A stretch of 64,000 nucleotides of DNA. Source: Myxococcales bacterium. GTDB lineage: Bacteria > Myxococcota > Myxococcia > Myxococcales > 40CM-4-68-19. Positions 1-9,529 of this stretch are shown in pieces. Numbering within the stretch: the first letter of the stretch is position 1; every line of letters starts with the position of its first letter. The notes under the pieces were generated by a model. That model made no database searches. It had not been told where the DNA came from and saw nothing but the letters and a program-made list of their open reading frames with translations. The DNA lies in NCBI GenBank assembly GCA_038231075.1, contig JBBRMA010000020.1, positions 4,964 through 68,963 of the forward strand. Direction: 5' to 3'. The translations under genes were made by a program, and so were the position numbers.

Positions 1-92
1 CCCCGGCGCGGCGCGGGCGCCACCCGACTGATGTGGCTCGCTGCGCTCGCGGCGATCGGATTTGTGTCGGGAGCCCTAGAGTCGCGCCGGGG
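1..92. repeat. Imperfect inverted repeat / REP-like element at window edge
   Basis: ccccggcgcggc (1-12) pairs with gtcgcgccgggg (81-92), with an internal gctcgctgcgctcgc motif; may extend beyond the window. Confidence 0.3.
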
Positions 93-433
93 GACTCTGC
101 CTGTCGGCGGCCTATTGGCCTGTCCGACGTCGAGCTTTGAATTTGAGGAGGAGCGTGGAGCGAAATGGTTGGGTGACGTCGCTTCTCTTCCTCCCTCTAA
201 AGGCTGCTAGAACGCCGATCGGTTTGGTGGACCGAGGAGAACGGCCGAGTCGCAAGCCTCGCAAGGAACGACGAGCGAGCCGTACTTTCTGTACGGCGAC
301 GAGAGGGACGCGGCGTTGGGCAGCGAATCGGCCGGTTGTCCGACGGGAACCAACCCGTTCGGCGTTCTAGGGGACCGCTTAGGCACCTGCTAGCGGTTGA
401 GGCGAGCGGCCCCGACGCAGTCTGCATACAGCT

Positions 434-685
434 CCATTGAGCAAATCGACGCGGCCACCGAGCTTGGCCATCGGTCCACCGAGCAAATCGACCTGGCCAC
501 CGCGTTCTTCCACCGTTCCACCGAGCAAATCGATCTGGCCACCGCGTTCAGCCGGCGAACCACCGAGCAAATCGATCTGGCCACCGCGTTCAGCCGGCGA
601 ACCACCGAGCAAATGGATCCGGCCACCGTGTTCAGCCAGCGAACCACCGAGCAAATCGATCTGGCCACCGCGGTCAGCGATCTTC
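434..685. repeat. Six tandem 42-bp units with 21-bp sub-periodicity
   Basis: Units start at 434, 476, 518, 560, 602, 644; conserved core CCACCGAGCAAATCGATCTGGCCACCG plus a more variable 15-bp tail. Confidence 0.9.
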
Positions 686-799
686 CGGTCCCAGGCTTTG
701 CGGCGCGCCGTGAAAATCGTCGTTGGCCCGAGGCGTTGGCGAAAGTGTCAGACCCCCTCCGCACTCTCGCGCTTGCAGCACAACCCAAGGGAGCACGGT

Positions 800-1510
800 A
801 TGCACGCGAAGAAGAACGAGTCGAAGGTGGAGCAGCAGATGGCCTCGGAGAACCGGTTCGGCGAGCAGATGGATGCGCTCGTCGAGTTTGGCCGGACCCA
901 TGCGGAGCGGCTCGCCCTGCGCGAGTTCGGTCCGGACAGGACAGAGGCGATGGCGAGGGCGCTTCTTCAGTACAAAAAAACCAACAAGGCCTTCCAGGCC
1001 GCGCGGGGCTCCATTGCACAGAAGCGCAGGTTGGTGACGGAGTTGGTCGCCGAGTCGATGGACTACCGCCAGGAGCTGACCGTCTCGTTCGTCCTGGTGA
1101 AAAAGCACGGCGGGCCGTTGATGCCAAAGGTGAGGAAGCGGACCAGCTTTGGGAGGATCTCCCAGCGCTGTCTGGTGTGGATGGATCAGGTCCGGACCGA
1201 CATCGAGCTGCTCTCCGGCTTGCTGTCGCCATTCATGGGTGACCCGCTGGGTCGACTGGACCAGCTGCAGGCAAGGCTTTCGGCGGCGGTGCTGTCGCAG
1301 CAGCAAGCCAAAGCCGAACTGGCGTCGCGGCGACAGGCGCTGCTCGACTCACGGAGTGAGGTGTGGCGGCTGGCGGAGATGCTCCGCCTTTCCGGTCGCC
1401 TCGCGTTCAAGGGTCAGCCGGATCTGCTGCGGCAGGTGAGCTGGAGAGCGGGTCAGCACCACCGCAGGCAGGCGACCCCGCCGGTGGTCCTGTCCGCCAA
1501 GGCTGCCTAG
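800..1510 (+). CDS. Hypothetical alpha-helical/coiled-coil protein (236 aa)
   Basis: ATG at 800 preceded by AGGGAG; heptad-like helical sequence ending LRLSGRLAFKGQPDLLRQ; the longer ORF from 437 runs through the repeats. Confidence 0.7.
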   Translation: MHAKKNESKVEQQMASENRFGEQMDALVEFGRTHAERLALREFGPDRTEAMARALLQYKKTNKAFQAARGSIAQKRRLVTELVAESMDYRQELTVSFVLVKKHGGPLMPKVRKRTSFGRISQRCLVWMDQVRTDIELLSGLLSPFMGDPLGRLDQLQARLSAAVLSQQQAKAELASRRQALLDSRSEVWRLAEMLRLSGRLAFKGQPDLLRQVSWRAGQHHRRQATPPVVLSAKAA

Positions 1511-1519
1511 ATCGGCGAT

Positions 1520-2056
1520 CTAGAAATTCAATCCCAGACCCACGCTGACGTCGAACGGGAACCCCGGCTGGGTGGTCACATCCGGCCGGATCCCATAGGA
1601 CCAGCTTCGCACCAGGCTTCCATTGCGTGCGCCGTAGTCCTCTTTGGGGAATCGATAATCGAGGTGGCTCACCGCCGGGCCTGCGCCGACCTCGAGCGAG
1701 AGCGGGCCCAGGCGCCAGCGCCAACCGCCGATCAGCGAGAAGACGACCAGGGTCGTCTGGTCGAACTCGTTGTCATCGACCGCGAGCATGGCGCCGGCGC
1801 TGACGAAGGGACCGCTCTTGCCGCGCGGAGACCAGCGCACCGCGAGAGCGTAGGTCTTGAAGCTCTTGTCCCAGAGGAAGACCGGCACCGCAATCGAGCC
1901 GGAGAAGGCTCCGTACCCAAGCTCGGCGCGAGCGCCAATCACCCCATATTGAGTTCCGACGCCGAAACCAATGCCGCCGCGCAGGGCCGCGGGCTCGACC
2001 TCTTGCGCGCGGGCGGAGGCGGACAGCAACAGGGCGGCGATGAAGAGGTGTTTCAT
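1520..2056 (-). CDS. Small exported outer-membrane beta-barrel-like protein
   Basis: Signal peptide MKHLFIAALLLSASARA; Gly/aromatic alternating strands; C-terminal Phe (VGLGLNF). Confidence 0.7.
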   Translation of the reverse strand: MKHLFIAALLLSASARAQEVEPAALRGGIGFGVGTQYGVIGARAELGYGAFSGSIAVPVFLWDKSFKTYALAVRWSPRGKSGPFVSAGAMLAVDDNEFDQTTLVVFSLIGGWRWRLGPLSLEVGAGPAVSHLDYRFPKEDYGARNGSLVRSWSYGIRPDVTTQPGFPFDVSVGLGLNF

Positions 2057-2184
2057 TCGGGCGATCCCTGCCAGCAAAGTGGTCAGACCTTGAGTTGGCG
2101 AGCTCGGCCACAGGGCGGCGTGGAAGACCCGGAGCTGGATGCGCATGCTCCCGCCGCATGCGCGAGGTCCCGATTGCCAACGAT

Positions 2185-3651
2185 CTAGGCGGCGCGGAGC
2201 GAGACGGTCACCGTGGTGCCGCGTCCGGGCAGCGTGTCCACGCTCAGATCGCCGCCCATTCCGCGCACCATGCCGAGCGCCACCGAGAGGCCAAGCCCGG
2301 TGCCCTCGCCGAACGGACGGGTGCTGAAGAACGGCTCGCAGAAGTGGGCGCGGGCCTCGTCGGAGATTCCCGCGCCGTCGTCGGTGACGTGGATGAGCAC
2401 GCGGCCGCCGCGCCGCTCGGACCAGAGCGCCACCTGTCCGTGCCGGCCCGGTTGGATGGCCTGCGCGCCGTTGATGGCGAGGTTGACGAGGACCTGCTCG
2501 AGCAGGTCGGGCTCGCCCATCGCCCTCATCCCCCGGCAGTCGCGCGACTCGATCTGCGCGCGCGAGGACACGCCGGGAGTGAGCCCGGCCTTGCGGGCGG
2601 CGCGCTGGAGCGACGCGTCTACGTCGAGCGACACCCCGGTGGCGTCGGCCGCGGCGGGCGCGGAGGCGAGCAGCTCGCGGACGATGTGCGCGATGCGCCC
2701 GACGGCGGCCGAGGCGTCGTTGATCGACTCGAGCACTTCGGGGGAAGAGAGCCTTCCGTCCTGGTGGGCCTCCCGCAGGAAGTCCAAGCAGACGCTGATG
2801 GCCGCGGCGGGGTTGTTGATCTCGTGCGCCACGCCCGAAGCGAGGCGGCCGAGGACGACCAGACGCGCGCTGCGCTCGAGCGCCGAATGGACGGCCTGCA
2901 GCTCCCGAGTCCGCGCCTCCACCTGCAGCTCGAGGGTCGCCGACAGCTCCGCGGCCCTGCGGGCGTCATGCGCCCAGCGGCGGGCAGCGACAATGCCGAG
3001 CGCGACCACCTCGCCGAAGAGGCCGATGGTGAGCAGGTACGGCACGGTGCGGACGCCCACAGTGCCGAGCGCGTCGTTGATGCCTGCGGCGAGCATCGTT
3101 CCGAGCGCCAGCGTGTGCGGCCAGGCGTGCGGGACGCCGGCGCGGACGGCCTGGATGAAGCGGCGGAGCGCCAGCGCCATCCCGAGCAGCAGCACGGCGT
3201 AGGAGGCTTCACCGAGGGGGTTGCAGTTGATCAGCCAGAAGCGCGGGCCGAGACCCGCGGGCGAGGGCGTCAGCGCGCCGGTTTGCAAGAGGCCGAGCAG
3301 CGAGAGCGGAACAACGACCAGGGCGCAGCGCTCGAGCAGGCGCTCGACCGCGCTGGGTGGCGTCGCCGCCTGCACGCGCGCGTAGCGGAGCCAGGCGAAC
3401 ACCGCCAGCGCGCCGGCCGCGATCTGCAGGCGGTGGACGAGCAGCACGCGCCCCTGCGACAGGTCGGTGAACTCGAGCGCGCTGCAGGCCGCGAACACGC
3501 CCGTGCCGGCGGCGATCACCGTGTGCCAGCGCTCGGAGCGATAGCGGGGCACCGAGCCAAAGGGCCACTCGAAGGCCGCGACGAAGAGGGCGAGGCAGGC
3601 GCCAAGCCAGATGACGAGCGGGATCCAATGCGGCAATCGCAGCGCCTCCAA
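2185..3651 (-). CDS. Membrane sensor histidine kinase (multi-TM N-terminus, HisKA, HATPase_c)
   Basis: H-box ASGVAHEINNP, N-box QVLVNLAINGAQA, G1 DDGAGI, F-box EPFFST, G2 GTGLGL; start uncertain. Confidence 0.85.
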   Translation of the reverse strand: MEALRLPHWIPLVIWLGACLALFVAAFEWPFGSVPRYRSERWHTVIAAGTGVFAACSALEFTDLSQGRVLLVHRLQIAAGALAVFAWLRYARVQAATPPSAVERLLERCALVVVPLSLLGLLQTGALTPSPAGLGPRFWLINCNPLGEASYAVLLLGMALALRRFIQAVRAGVPHAWPHTLALGTMLAAGINDALGTVGVRTVPYLLTIGLFGEVVALGIVAARRWAHDARRAAELSATLELQVEARTRELQAVHSALERSARLVVLGRLASGVAHEINNPAAAISVCLDFLREAHQDGRLSSPEVLESINDASAAVGRIAHIVRELLASAPAAADATGVSLDVDASLQRAARKAGLTPGVSSRAQIESRDCRGMRAMGEPDLLEQVLVNLAINGAQAIQPGRHGQVALWSERRGGRVLIHVTDDGAGISDEARAHFCEPFFSTRPFGEGTGLGLSVALGMVRGMGGDLSVDTLPGRGTTVTVSLRAA

Positions 3652-3769
3652 CCCCCTATCGGCACGCGGACCGACCGCTTGACCCGCGCGCTCCGCTCAC
3701 CCCGTCTCGGTGGTGGCAAGCCGCACCATGCCCGCGAGCTTGCGGTCGGATCCGAGCGCGCGCTGAAGC

Positions 3770-4783
3770 TCAACTCTCCTTGGGCTTCTTCTTCCGCGAA
3801 GGCTGCACCCGCGGCGGCTCGCCGGGCTGCTTGGCATATTGCGGCGGCCAAGGTGCGTCGCCCTGGCCTTCCACTTCCTGCCGCTTTGATAGCTCCAATA
3901 GGCCGTCGAGGCTGAATGAGTTCTCGTCGATACCAGCCCCCGCGTCGCCGCGCTCGCCATAGAGCTTGGGTACAGTCGCCAGGGTAAAGTCGGCCGGGTT
4001 GCAGCTCGACAGCTCGTCCCATTGCAAGGGCATCGACACCCGCGCGTCTTGAGTTGGCCGCACGCTATAAGCCGAGGCCACGGTGCGGTCCTTGGCGTTC
4101 TGGTTGTAATCAATGAAGACGCCGTGCCGCTCTTCCTTCCACCACTTGCTGGTCGCGAGCGTCGGCGCCTTTTTCTCCACCTCGCGGGCCAGCGCCAGCG
4201 CCGCGCGGCGCACCTCTTGGAAGCCCCACTTGCGCTCGATGCGGGCGTTGATGTGGATGCCGCGCGAGCCGCTCGTCTTGGGAAACCCGCGCAGCCCGTT
4301 CTCTTCCAACACTTGCCGAGCGAGAAGCGCCACTGCGCGGATCTGCGGCCACTCGATCCCGGGCTGCGGATCCAAATCGACCCGCAGCTCATCCGGATGG
4401 TCCAGATCGTCGGCGCGCACCGGGTGCGGGTTCAGGTCGAGACAACCGAGGTTCGCGACCCAAGCCAGGCCCGCGGCGTCGCGGATGACCACTTCGTCGG
4501 CGGTGCGTCCCGAAGGAAACTTGAGCTCGACGGTCTCGACCCACTCGGGCCGGCTGGTGGGCGCGCGCTTTTGAAAAAAGAACTCGGCCTCGGCGCCGTC
4601 GGGATAGCGCTTGAGCGCCATGGGCCTGCCGCGGATGCCGGCGAGCGCGCCCTCGGCGACGGCGAGGTAGTAGCGGACCAGGTCGAGCTTGGTGTGCCCC
4701 GCGCGCGGGAACATCACCTTGTCGGGGTTCGAGACGGACACCTCGCGCCCGGCGACCTGGAAGATCTCCTTCTTGGTGGCCAT
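3770..4783 (-). CDS. Stand-alone LigD-type primase-polymerase (Prim-Pol/PolD family)
   Basis: SNPDKVMFP, KRYPDG, FFQKR, ELRVDLDP, KTSGSRGIH, IDYNQN, ASAYSVR; C-terminal PGEPPRVQPS. Confidence 0.9.
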   Translation of the reverse strand: MATKKEIFQVAGREVSVSNPDKVMFPRAGHTKLDLVRYYLAVAEGALAGIRGRPMALKRYPDGAEAEFFFQKRAPTSRPEWVETVELKFPSGRTADEVVIRDAAGLAWVANLGCLDLNPHPVRADDLDHPDELRVDLDPQPGIEWPQIRAVALLARQVLEENGLRGFPKTSGSRGIHINARIERKWGFQEVRRAALALAREVEKKAPTLATSKWWKEERHGVFIDYNQNAKDRTVASAYSVRPTQDARVSMPLQWDELSSCNPADFTLATVPKLYGERGDAGAGIDENSFSLDGLLELSKRQEVEGQGDAPWPPQYAKQPGEPPRVQPSRKKKPKES

Positions 4784-4811
4784 CGGGTCCAGGGTACAAC
4801 TGAAGCCCCTG

Positions 4812-6404
4812 ATGCGCGCCTTTCTGCCAGCCGCCCTGCTCCTGACCGCCCTCGGCGCCGGCGCGGCCATGCCCCAGGGGACGGGCCCGCCCATCGATTT
4901 CTCCGGCAACGTCCTCTTCAACGAGTTCGTCTACCGCAGCATCCTCGAGCTGCCGGAGGACTCGCCCGCCACCCTCGGCACGGCGCGGAAAGTGGCGCGC
5001 ACCATCGCCCGCTTCCTCCACGACGCCGGCTACCAGCTGGCCACGGTGCGCGCGCGGGTGCACGAAGGGCGCATCCGCGTGGACGTGCAGGAAGGTCAGC
5101 TCGACAAGGTCATCTTCCTCGGCGAGGGCGCGTTCCAGACGCTGCGGCTCAAGCTCGAGTTCAGCCTGCCGCAGAACGTCTTCAACCGGCCGCTGCTCGA
5201 GCGGCAGCTGGGGCAGCTGGCCCTGCGCTTCCAGCTGCAGGACTTCGCCTACGAGCTGGTCGCCGTCGAGGACAAGGGCCGGCCGCTGCCGCAGATCGAG
5301 TCGACCATCGAGTCGCTGCAGGCGCTGCCGTTCGTGCAGGCGGGGCGGCCGTACGAGCTGCGCATCTTCGTCTCGCCGACGCCGTGGGGCACCGGGTTCT
5401 CGCCCGACCTGTACGTCGGCGGCGTGGAGGGCCTGGGCATCGGCGCGCACTACACGGGCAAGCAGCTCTTCCTCGGCAACGACCGCTGGGAGGCCGGGGG
5501 CCGCGTCGCCACCGCAGTGCGCCAGCACCTCGACTCGGCAGACTCGCGGCCGGTGCTGACGCGCGCGCTGGCCGCCGTCCGCTACATCGCGCCGCCGTTG
5601 ATCGGCGAGAATCTGCGCCCCTCGTTCACCGTGCGCGGCGATCTGATCTCCTATCAGCGGGGAGACCTGCACCTCGACAGCTACGACCAGCTCGTCCTCG
5701 AAGGCTCGCTCGACGCGCGCTATCAGATCGCGCCGCAGATCGAGCTGAGCGTTGGACTTGGCCTGGAGCGGCGCTTCCTCATCGACGTGCACAGCGTCGG
5801 CGCGCCGGCTCCACAAGTTGCCGCCGCGCCGATCGCGCAGACGAGGCCTTATGGCCAGACGTCGCTCGGGCTCACCTTCAACCACGACGAGATCCGGCGC
5901 GATCGGCGGCACGCGCTCGATGTCGATGGCCGCGTCTACGGCGCATCGTCTGGCGGGCGCGCGGACACTCTGCGGCTTCTCGCGCACTATCAAAAGATGT
6001 GGACGTTCGGCTGGAACGAGCTCTGGATCGAGCTGCGCGGGACGCTGCTCGCCGGCGATGTGCTCTTCTTGGACGAGCGATCGATCGGAAACGACCTGCG
6101 CGGTCCTTTCGGAGGGACCGACTTCGCGCGCCACGTGGCCAGCCTGAGCGTCGAGTATCGCTACTCATTCCTGCGCGACGTCTTCAAGGTCGGCATCTAC
6201 CACGACGCCGTCGGGTTCGGCGCCATCGACCGGACGGTGCCGTCGATGGGGCCGGAGAAGCTGCTCGGGGCCAACGCGGCAGGCCTCGCGGCGCACCTGC
6301 TGCTGCTCGATGAGTTCCAGTGCGACGCGTACTACGGGTATGGCTGGACGACCGACGGGCGGAATGACCACGGGCTGGCGCTGGTCATCCGGCAGGCGTT
6401 TTAG
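4812..6404 (+). CDS. Omp85/TpsB-superfamily outer-membrane protein (POTRA + beta-barrel)
   Basis: Signal peptide; POTRA-like IARFLHDAGYQLATV...IRVDVQEG; LRG motif near the C-terminus; terminal Phe. Confidence 0.65.
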   Translation: MRAFLPAALLLTALGAGAAMPQGTGPPIDFSGNVLFNEFVYRSILELPEDSPATLGTARKVARTIARFLHDAGYQLATVRARVHEGRIRVDVQEGQLDKVIFLGEGAFQTLRLKLEFSLPQNVFNRPLLERQLGQLALRFQLQDFAYELVAVEDKGRPLPQIESTIESLQALPFVQAGRPYELRIFVSPTPWGTGFSPDLYVGGVEGLGIGAHYTGKQLFLGNDRWEAGGRVATAVRQHLDSADSRPVLTRALAAVRYIAPPLIGENLRPSFTVRGDLISYQRGDLHLDSYDQLVLEGSLDARYQIAPQIELSVGLGLERRFLIDVHSVGAPAPQVAAAPIAQTRPYGQTSLGLTFNHDEIRRDRRHALDVDGRVYGASSGGRADTLRLLAHYQKMWTFGWNELWIELRGTLLAGDVLFLDERSIGNDLRGPFGGTDFARHVASLSVEYRYSFLRDVFKVGIYHDAVGFGAIDRTVPSMGPEKLLGANAAGLAAHLLLLDEFQCDAYYGYGWTTDGRNDHGLALVIRQAF

Positions 6405-6520
6405 GCCAGGAGCCGGTGGCGCCGAGGGTCGCCGACCAGGAGTCGCCGACGGAAGACGGCCCGTGAGCCCTGTTCGATAGAAGGTAGAGCGCTCCCGGTG
6501 GTCGGGCAGACGGGCGGGCG

Positions 6521-6538
6521 TTGGCTTGGTCCTCGCAT
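6521..6538 (+). promoter_or_regulatory. Candidate sigma54 (-24/-12) promoter
   Basis: TTGGCTTGGTCCTCGCAT: GG(6523-24)-N10-GC(6535-36), about 50 bp upstream of ATG 6585. Confidence 0.4.
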
Positions 6539-6584
6539 TCAAAGGCTCCGTCGGACCCCCCGGTCCGCGCGGAAGCGAGGCGTC

Positions 6585-6902
6585 ATGGCGCTGCGAGTGA
6601 TTGACCTGTCCGAGCTGCGGCTCTCCAACGAGAACGAAATCGACAACGCGATCTACGCCGTCCTGGTGGCCGCGTTCCTCGAGAGCACCGACGAAGGGGT
6701 CCTGCGCCGCCGTGTCCGGCTGCGGCTCTGCGCGCACCCGAGCCCCTGCGAGCTGGTGGACGCCGTCTGCGCCGAGCTGCGCCTGCAGGGCAAGCTGCAG
6801 TACGAGAAGTACCGCCGCGAGCAGGCCTCGCTGGTGCTGGCGGCGTTCCTCGAGCTGCCGGCCCTCGAGCGCGAGGACGTTTCACTCATGCCGGCCGCCT
6901 GA
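6585..6902 (+). CDS. Hypothetical protein (105 aa)
   Basis: ATG after GAGG; typical GC3-rich codon usage. Confidence 0.7.
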   Translation: MALRVIDLSELRLSNENEIDNAIYAVLVAAFLESTDEGVLRRRVRLRLCAHPSPCELVDAVCAELRLQGKLQYEKYRREQASLVLAAFLELPALEREDVSLMPAA

Positions 6903-6931
6903 CCCGGTCAGAGTCACGGTCACGCGGCCAT

Positions 6932-7615
6932 CTACTTCAGTCCGTATCGTTCGCCGTGCTCGCCGAGCAGGGCCGCGGCCAGAATGGTCGGCACGTACTC
7001 GGTGGCCTCTTCCGGCAGCCTCTTCTGCTCGGCCAGCCAGGCGAAGTCGCGGTGCGCAGGGCTTGCGTCGAGGGCCTTGTGCACGGCGGTCTCCCCGGCG
7101 TTGTAGGCCGCCAGCGCGAGCAGGGGCGACCCCTTGCCGAATTCGCCAAAGAGCTTGATGAGATACTCAGTGGCGGCGTGCGTCTCCTTGGCGAAGTCGA
7201 GCCGCTCGTCGCTCTCTGCCGTCACGGTCAGGCCATAGCGCCGCGCGGTCGCCGGGATGAACTGCCAGACCCCGCGCGACCCGAGCGGCGAGCTGAGGCT
7301 GCCGTCGAACCCCGACTCCGCCCAGGCGAGGTAGCCGAGCTCCTCGGGCAGCCCGCGCGCCGCCAGCTCGCGCGCGATCGTCGGCCAGCGCTGCTGCTTC
7401 CTCGCGAGGAGGGCGCCGAGGTTTTTCTGCGCCGCCAGTCGCTCCAAGTGGTGCAAGACCTTGCCGCGCAGCCAGGGCGTCGCCTCGGGCCTCGCCTCGC
7501 CGAGGCGGCCGAGCAGCGCGTCCAGGTCGCCATCGAGCGTCGTCGCCGGCGCGGCGCGCGCGGCCGGGGCCAGCAGGGCAACCGCGAGAGAGAGGCAGGC
7601 GAGCATCTTCGTCAT
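6932..7615 (-). CDS. Secreted lytic transglycosylase (SLT/MltD-like)
   Basis: Signal peptide; LAWAES (catalytic Glu), GVWQFIPATARRYGL, LAAYNAGE, TEYVP. Confidence 0.9.
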   Translation of the reverse strand: MTKMLACLSLAVALLAPAARAAPATTLDGDLDALLGRLGEARPEATPWLRGKVLHHLERLAAQKNLGALLARKQQRWPTIARELAARGLPEELGYLAWAESGFDGSLSSPLGSRGVWQFIPATARRYGLTVTAESDERLDFAKETHAATEYLIKLFGEFGKGSPLLALAAYNAGETAVHKALDASPAHRDFAWLAEQKRLPEEATEYVPTILAAALLGEHGERYGLK

Positions 7616-7691
7616 GGGAGTCTCCGTCGAGGGCGTCTTGCCCTCTCTGCCTGGTTGTTCCCGCCCGCGCGCGACCGTCGCACGGGCGCCC

Positions 7692-9497
7692 CTATTTTTC
7701 CGCGACACGCCCGGGTCGGTAGTGCGCCGGGTTCTCGAAGACGATGGCGGCGGCCAGCACGGCGGGGACGTACTCGCGCGTCTCCTCGCTGAGCAGCTTG
7801 CGGCGATAGAGGTGCCAGAAGTCGCGCCGCTCGGGGGCGAGGCCGCCGGGCTCCTGGGCCAGCGCGTGGAGCACTTCGCGCAGCTGGGTCTCGCCCATGT
7901 TGTAGGCGGCGATGGCCAGCATGAACGACTCGCGGCCGAAGTCGGCGAGCAGGTCGGCGAGGTACTGCGCGGCAGCGCGCGAGGAGAGCGCGGGGTCTGT
8001 GCGGTCGTCGCGCTCGGGGGACACCGTCAGGCCATAGCGGCGCGCCGTGCCGGGCTGGAACTGCCAGAGGCCGAGCGAGCCTTGCGGGCTCTTGGCCAGC
8101 GGGTCGAAGTGCGACTCGACGAAGGCGAGGTACCCGAGCTCTCGAGGCAGCCCGCGCGCGGCGAGCTCGCGCTGGACCAACGGCAGCGTGCGCGCCATCG
8201 CCGCGCGGGCCGCGGGGAGTCCCTTGCCGCGCAAGATCCTCGCGATGTGCGCCGAGAGCCGTTCTTTGAAGAGGGGGGGAACGGCGTACGTCCCGGCGCC
8301 GAAGCGCGCGAGCAGCGCCCGCAGCTCTTGATCGAGCGCGTCTCCCGCGGGCACGGCCCCCTTGCCGTCCTTCTTCGCCAGTTCGCGAGCGGCGCTCTCG
8401 GCGGTCCCTTCCAGCGCGCCGAGCGAAGACTCGAGGCTGCGCAGCCGCTCGGGCCGGGTCTCGTCCTGCATCGCGCGCAAGGTCTCGGCGATGCGCGCGT
8501 CGGCCAGGGCCTTGCGCTCCCGCAGCTCGGACAGCTCGCGCCGCTGCAGGACGAGCGCCACCAGGAGCGCTGCGCAGAAGGCGACCGCAGCCAGCGCCAG
8601 CGCGCGCCGGCCCGCGCCCAGAGCGGGCGAGAGCGCGCGGGACAGCTCGGCCACGCTGGCAAAGCGCTGCGCCGGATCCTCCGCCAGGCCACGCCGCAGC
8701 GCGCGCTGCACGCGGGCCGGCGCGCGATCGCCGAGCGCGTCGCGGAGCGCCACGCAGAAGCTGTACTGGTCGGCGCGCGCGCCGGCCGGCTCGCCGCGGC
8801 GCTGCTCGGGGGCCATGTACGCGGGGCTGCCCGAGGCAGAGCTCTCCGCCGCGGCCGGCAGCGCGAGGCCAAAGTCGGCGACGCGGACGCGGCCGTCGCT
8901 GCCGAGGAGCACGTTGTCGGGCTTGAAGTCGCGGTGGACGAGGCCCGCCTCGTGCGCGGCCGAGAGCCCGCGCGCGGCGGCGAGAAAGGCGCGAAGGATC
9001 TCGCCCGGCGAGCGCCCGGCCGCGCCCAGCCAGCGCGCGAGCGTTCCGCCCTCGACCAGCTCCATGGCGACGTAGAGCTGGCCGTCGATCTCGCCCGCGT
9101 CGTAGACCGTGAGCACGTTCGGGTGCGCGAGGCGGGCCATCGCGCGCGCCTCGCGCAGCAGCAGGTCGCGCGCCTGGGGGAGGCCGGCCAGCACCTCGAG
9201 CCGCAAGAGCTTGAGGGCCACGCGTCGATCCAGCCGGGGGTCACTCGCCTCGTAGACGACGCCCATCCCGCCGGCGCCGAGCGGCCGGACGATCTCGTAC
9301 CGGCCCACACGCGAGCGCCCCGCCTCGCCCGGCTCATTGGCCTCGCGCTCTTCGGGAAAGGCCGACCGCGCCGTCTCGACCAGCAGCTCGCGGCAGGCCT
9401 CGCAGCCATCGACGTGAGCTTCGACCGCGGCGGCCGAGGCGGGCGAGAGCGCCCCCTCGACGAACTCGTGCAGCCGCGATTCCGAGAGGCACGCCAC
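7692..9497 (-). CDS. Ser/Thr kinase: zf-HC2 - kinase - TM - coiled coil - SLT transglycosylase
   Basis: HVDGCEAC; GAGGMG, VALK, HRDFKPDN, DFG, YMAPE; TM ALALAAVAFCAALLVALVL; LAFVES, GLWQF, AAYNMGE; start GTG 9497 or 9524. Confidence 0.9.
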   Translation of the reverse strand: MACLSESRLHEFVEGALSPASAAAVEAHVDGCEACRELLVETARSAFPEEREANEPGEAGRSRVGRYEIVRPLGAGGMGVVYEASDPRLDRRVALKLLRLEVLAGLPQARDLLLREARAMARLAHPNVLTVYDAGEIDGQLYVAMELVEGGTLARWLGAAGRSPGEILRAFLAAARGLSAAHEAGLVHRDFKPDNVLLGSDGRVRVADFGLALPAAAESSASGSPAYMAPEQRRGEPAGARADQYSFCVALRDALGDRAPARVQRALRRGLAEDPAQRFASVAELSRALSPALGAGRRALALAAVAFCAALLVALVLQRRELSELRERKALADARIAETLRAMQDETRPERLRSLESSLGALEGTAESAARELAKKDGKGAVPAGDALDQELRALLARFGAGTYAVPPLFKERLSAHIARILRGKGLPAARAAMARTLPLVQRELAARGLPRELGYLAFVESHFDPLAKSPQGSLGLWQFQPGTARRYGLTVSPERDDRTDPALSSRAAAQYLADLLADFGRESFMLAIAAYNMGETQLREVLHALAQEPGGLAPERRDFWHLYRRKLLSEETREYVPAVLAAAIVFENPAHYRPGRVAEK

Positions 9498-9529
9498 GCC
9501 ATCTTTTGTAACATCGGGGTCCACGCCCC

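Noticed and set aside
434-685. CRISPR array
   Set aside because: The variable parts are only 15 bp and related to each other (two are identical), and there are no cas genes in the window; it behaves as a tandem repeat.
437-799. N-terminal extension of the 800-1510 protein
   Set aside because: It depends on a TTG start inside the repeats and gives low-complexity sequence; ATG 800 has a good RBS.
6403-6535. SRP RNA, 6S RNA or tRNA
   Set aside because: No SRP domain IV consensus or cloverleaf/T-loop recognisable; kept only as a low-interest structure.
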